A stretch of DNA of 63,871 nt, counting the filler, from Olpidium bornovanus S191 (lineage: Eukaryota > Fungi > Olpidiomycota), in NCBI GenBank assembly GCA_017911155.1. It is 31 parts of 31 records of this genome, joined end to end, with 100 filler letters (N's around TTAATTAATTAA, not from the genome) between each part and the next. Parts side by side here need not be neighbours in the genome. Positions count along the whole stretch, not along the records: positions 58,481 to 62,761 come from JAEFCI010006317.1; positions 62,862 to 63,871 come from JAEFCI010002533.1; 29 more parts are not named here. One strand, written 5' to 3'. This document shows, piece by piece, positions 60,881 through 63,871 of the stretch. A model generated the notes under the pieces. That model made no database searches. It worked only from the letters and a program-made list of their open reading frames with translations, and had not been told where the DNA came from. The translations under genes and the position numbers were made by a program. Position 1 is the first letter of the stretch; every line of letters starts with the position of its first letter.

Positions 60881-61942
60881 TTTGCGAGCGTCGCGAGCGG
60901 ACAGGCGACCAGAAAACGTCGGCCGGGGCGATTGTTCCCGAACCGGCAGTTATGGGAGGACACGGGGAGCATTGATTCGCTCAGAATTCCAAGGGGGGAA
61001 GGGGGGGTGCGGAGGGGAAGGAAACTTCGCCCGATAAAACTTTTCTGCTGTGATGAGAACGAGCCCGCCTTTGCCCGCGGTCAGCTTAACCTCGGGACAG
61101 GCAGAAAGACACGAAGACTCGGTCTGCCACCGTATACAGGCAACAGAATTTCGAGGGAACTTTCGGGGTCTGTTTTCGTGACAGAACTTACGTCCCAATG
61201 CACAAAAATGAAATGCCTTTTAGGCATGTGGCGTCGTGCTGGTTGCAAGGTCTGCAGGGCCACGGAGAGCTTTTACCTTCCCGCGATAATTGCGCCCGGG
61301 AGATGACCATCCCCGTCTGGTTTGGGGCGGGCCCCAACACCACACACACACGCACACACACAAACCGACTCGCCTACGCCGCGGGAGAGGGTCGGGTCGA
61401 CTTGGGCAGCTGCGTCCCTTCTGGACACCAGAAAGTTGTGAATTTGCAAGGCGCTAAGGGGACACTCCTCGTCGGCGGCGGCATCTTATCGAAGTTTTCG
61501 CCGATGGTTTTGGTCGTGGGAAACAACTGGGTACATCTCAAATCTGGCGTCAAAAAATCTGCGACCACGGAATATATTGCATGTGAGCGATTGACGGACT
61601 GGTGCTCTGGCTCGTGGGCTGTCACTGCGTGCCACGGGACGAATCTCATTTCGGACACGTGCAGAGCACTTGTTCACGGCAGACAAACGGACGTCTACAA
61701 ATTCGTCCTCCAATCTCACAACCCCTGCCCCCTGTCTGCCGATATGACCGTGGCGAGCCGGAAACCAAAGCCAAAAACATGTTCACAGAAGAAAAAAGGG
61801 TAGACACTACGCATATCCCATTTGCCACAATAGCATTGATTTGAGTTTTCAGTCAACATGTAACTCATGCACAGTGCAACTACCATCAATTTCTTCAGCG
61901 CCAGCCTAAGACCCGGAGGACACGTGAGGCTAGGTGCGTGTC

Positions 61943-62761
61943 TCACCGTCCTGGAATGCCCATTCCGCGCCCGCGCCCGCGCCCACGCAGCGCACCTCCT
62001 CTGGGGTGCAAAAACAGAGTTTTAGTAAAGCGTTAGCACCACTAGATTGGAATACACTTAACGTTCACCGGCAATAAAATTCCAGTGCTGCTGCGTACCG
62101 CATTGCAGCCTGCGCGGCCCCGCTGCCAGGCATGGCCCCCGCGCCGGGCTTCTCCGACTGCGGATTCCGCACGGTTTCATCCACGGAGAGGATTACACAA
62201 GCAGCTTCCGTCGCAGCAGAGATGGCATTCGACTGATGGTGAATAAAGGCACAGTTTTGTCAGTAAGATGGAGAATCCACTCGAGCGCAAACACTCGCAG
62301 CACACACGCATCGTTTGGCCACATCCGACTGCATCCGTTTGCCTACAAACCTTGACCAAAGCAGGTTCCCATACAAACGCCTTGAAATTGTCCGTGACGC
62401 CCTCGCCGTTGATGTCGACCCCGATCCAGAGGCCGTCGGACCCTTTCTGAGCGTGGCAGTAACGGAGCTTGTTGACGACCTCCGCGGCATCGAAACCAGC
62501 GTTATCACAAAGTTGGCGGGGAATGACCTCCAGCGCGCGTGCAAAGGCCGCAACGATCAGCTGCTGCTTGCCGTCGATTGTGCGAGACGTCTCCCGAAGA
62601 TAGCGAGACAGCTCCATCTAAAATAAACAGAAAGCCCGCCATTTAAAAAACCTCGTTTCTACGCAGGCTGCCCCAACCCTAACGAAAGCAGGGGCATACC
62701 TCGCACGCACCACCGCCGGCCACGATGGTTTGGTTCTTTATCGCACGCCGGACGATCATGA
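61943..62761 (-). CDS. CCT7: Chaperonin CCT/TRiC subunit eta (5-prime partial)
   Basis: [67 protein letters not shown]/..[27 protein letters not shown]. Confidence 0.95.
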
Positions 62762-63871
62762 NNNNNNNNNNNNNNNNNNNNNNNNNNNNNNNNNNNNNNN
62801 NNNNNTTAATTAATTAANNNNNNNNNNNNNNNNNNNNNNNNNNNNNNNNNNNNNNNNNNNNCGCGCTGGGGGCCGAAAGAGGGGGAGGGGTCAAAAGTCG
62901 ACGGACATATTTTTTTTTTTCCATTTTTGGAGGTCAGCGAAAAAACAAGAAATCTGACGCGGAAATAACAATCGGGGGCATGGGGAGGGGGGGTTTGGGG
63001 GAGAGGGGGGGAGTGCACATTTCAACGCGGAATAGAATGCCGTGGCGCGGGAACCTTTTACGTCAGACCCCTGTGTCGCTTTTCCCGGGAGAATTGCGTT
63101 GGAGAGAAGAAGGTTATGCGTCGCGCCTCCCGCCGCCCCTCTTTTGGCCTCTCCCGCACCCGAACGGGAAACGTGAAGGCGAGGTCTGATAATAGTCGAC
63201 AGTGGGAAAGAACAAAAAAAAAAACGCCGGCGCGTTTTGTTTTTTTGAAGGAGGGTTGGGGAATTGAGCGCAGCGCGCACCTGACCGCGCGGATGCGGCT
63301 CCTCCGGATTGACGCGCGCGTAGTGTGTCGCGGCGGCCACCTCACCGCCTGTTGAAGGCGCGTTTGGACGGCCCGTCCACCCCCTCCCCACCACCCCCCT
63401 CTCACCCCGTGTTCCTTCGCCGTATAGTCTGCCAAGCCAAAAACTGGACCGTCCGCGTTCCTTCGCCCCCCAATCCTCCCCCCTCTTCCCCCGCCGCTTC
63501 ACCTCGCTACTGCCGCAAAAAAAAGGAACGAAAAATACTTCTTGATTACACTATAAAGTATCAAGGGTGGCTCCGGTCCAGGTCGGCTTTGTAGGCGGAG
63601 GGCGCATTGTGTCCTCCGTTAACGCGCGCAGTCCACCCGGCGCCGACGCCTCCGCCCACAACCGACGCCCGCCGCCGCTGCCGCCCGAGCGCGCGAAAAG
63701 CGTGTTGCGCCTGTCTGCGCGTTTGGAAAACAAGGCATGACCGCACGCGCGCGCATGCGGCAACATTTCACACACTTTCACATATCCCGACTTTATGAGC
63801 TTGATGCTCGTCCTCCGGAGCGACGTGTGCCAGATACGCCGGTGCTGCGTGGTGTGGCACCGGTTATCACG

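Noticed and set aside
61100-61320. ATVYRQQNFEG as a beta/gamma-crystallin motif
   Set aside because: The second half of the Greek-key motif is missing and no gene structure is supported.

Overview
This is not a contiguous locus. It is 31 short genomic contigs (about 1-5.6 kb) joined by 30 identical artificial 100-bp spacers (N44-TTAATTAATTAA-N44, stops in all six frames), so adjacency across spacers means nothing and most genes are truncated. The DNA is GC-rich, intron-rich and fungal (CHS7, class IV chitin synthase, NoxA, PalA/BRO1, MDM34). An MDM1-like centriolar protein points to a flagellated (zoosporic) early-diverging fungus; the assembly style recalls the Olpidium draft, which I cannot verify. 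Recognisable host genes: SRP19/SEC65, CDC45, CHS7, TIM44, an MSS116-like DEAD-box helicase, MDM34, PalA/BRO1, NoxA, ARPC4, a DDB1-like C-terminus, CHS3-like, MMS22-like, SFC1, 6-phosphofructo-2-kinase, SEC5, GAA1 and CCT7, plus a flavin-reductase-like and a kelch membrane protein. Mobile remnants: a chromoviral Ty3/gypsy integrase, a second integrase fragment and a pogo/Tigger transposase. The most interesting signals are: (1) an intron-interrupted, decayed UL9/origin-binding-protein-type SF2 helicase of probable large-DNA-virus or plasmid origin; (2) a highly divergent PCNA paralogue with an ~85-aa insertion; (3) the MDM1-like protein; (4) a zero-length-exon CAG|GTAAGT site inside an MDM34 intron; (5) a candidate ~175-nt structured RNA. 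Most long ORFs in the supplied track are artefacts of homopolymer tracts or antisense frames of GC-rich exons. All family assignments are from manual motif recognition, not database searches.
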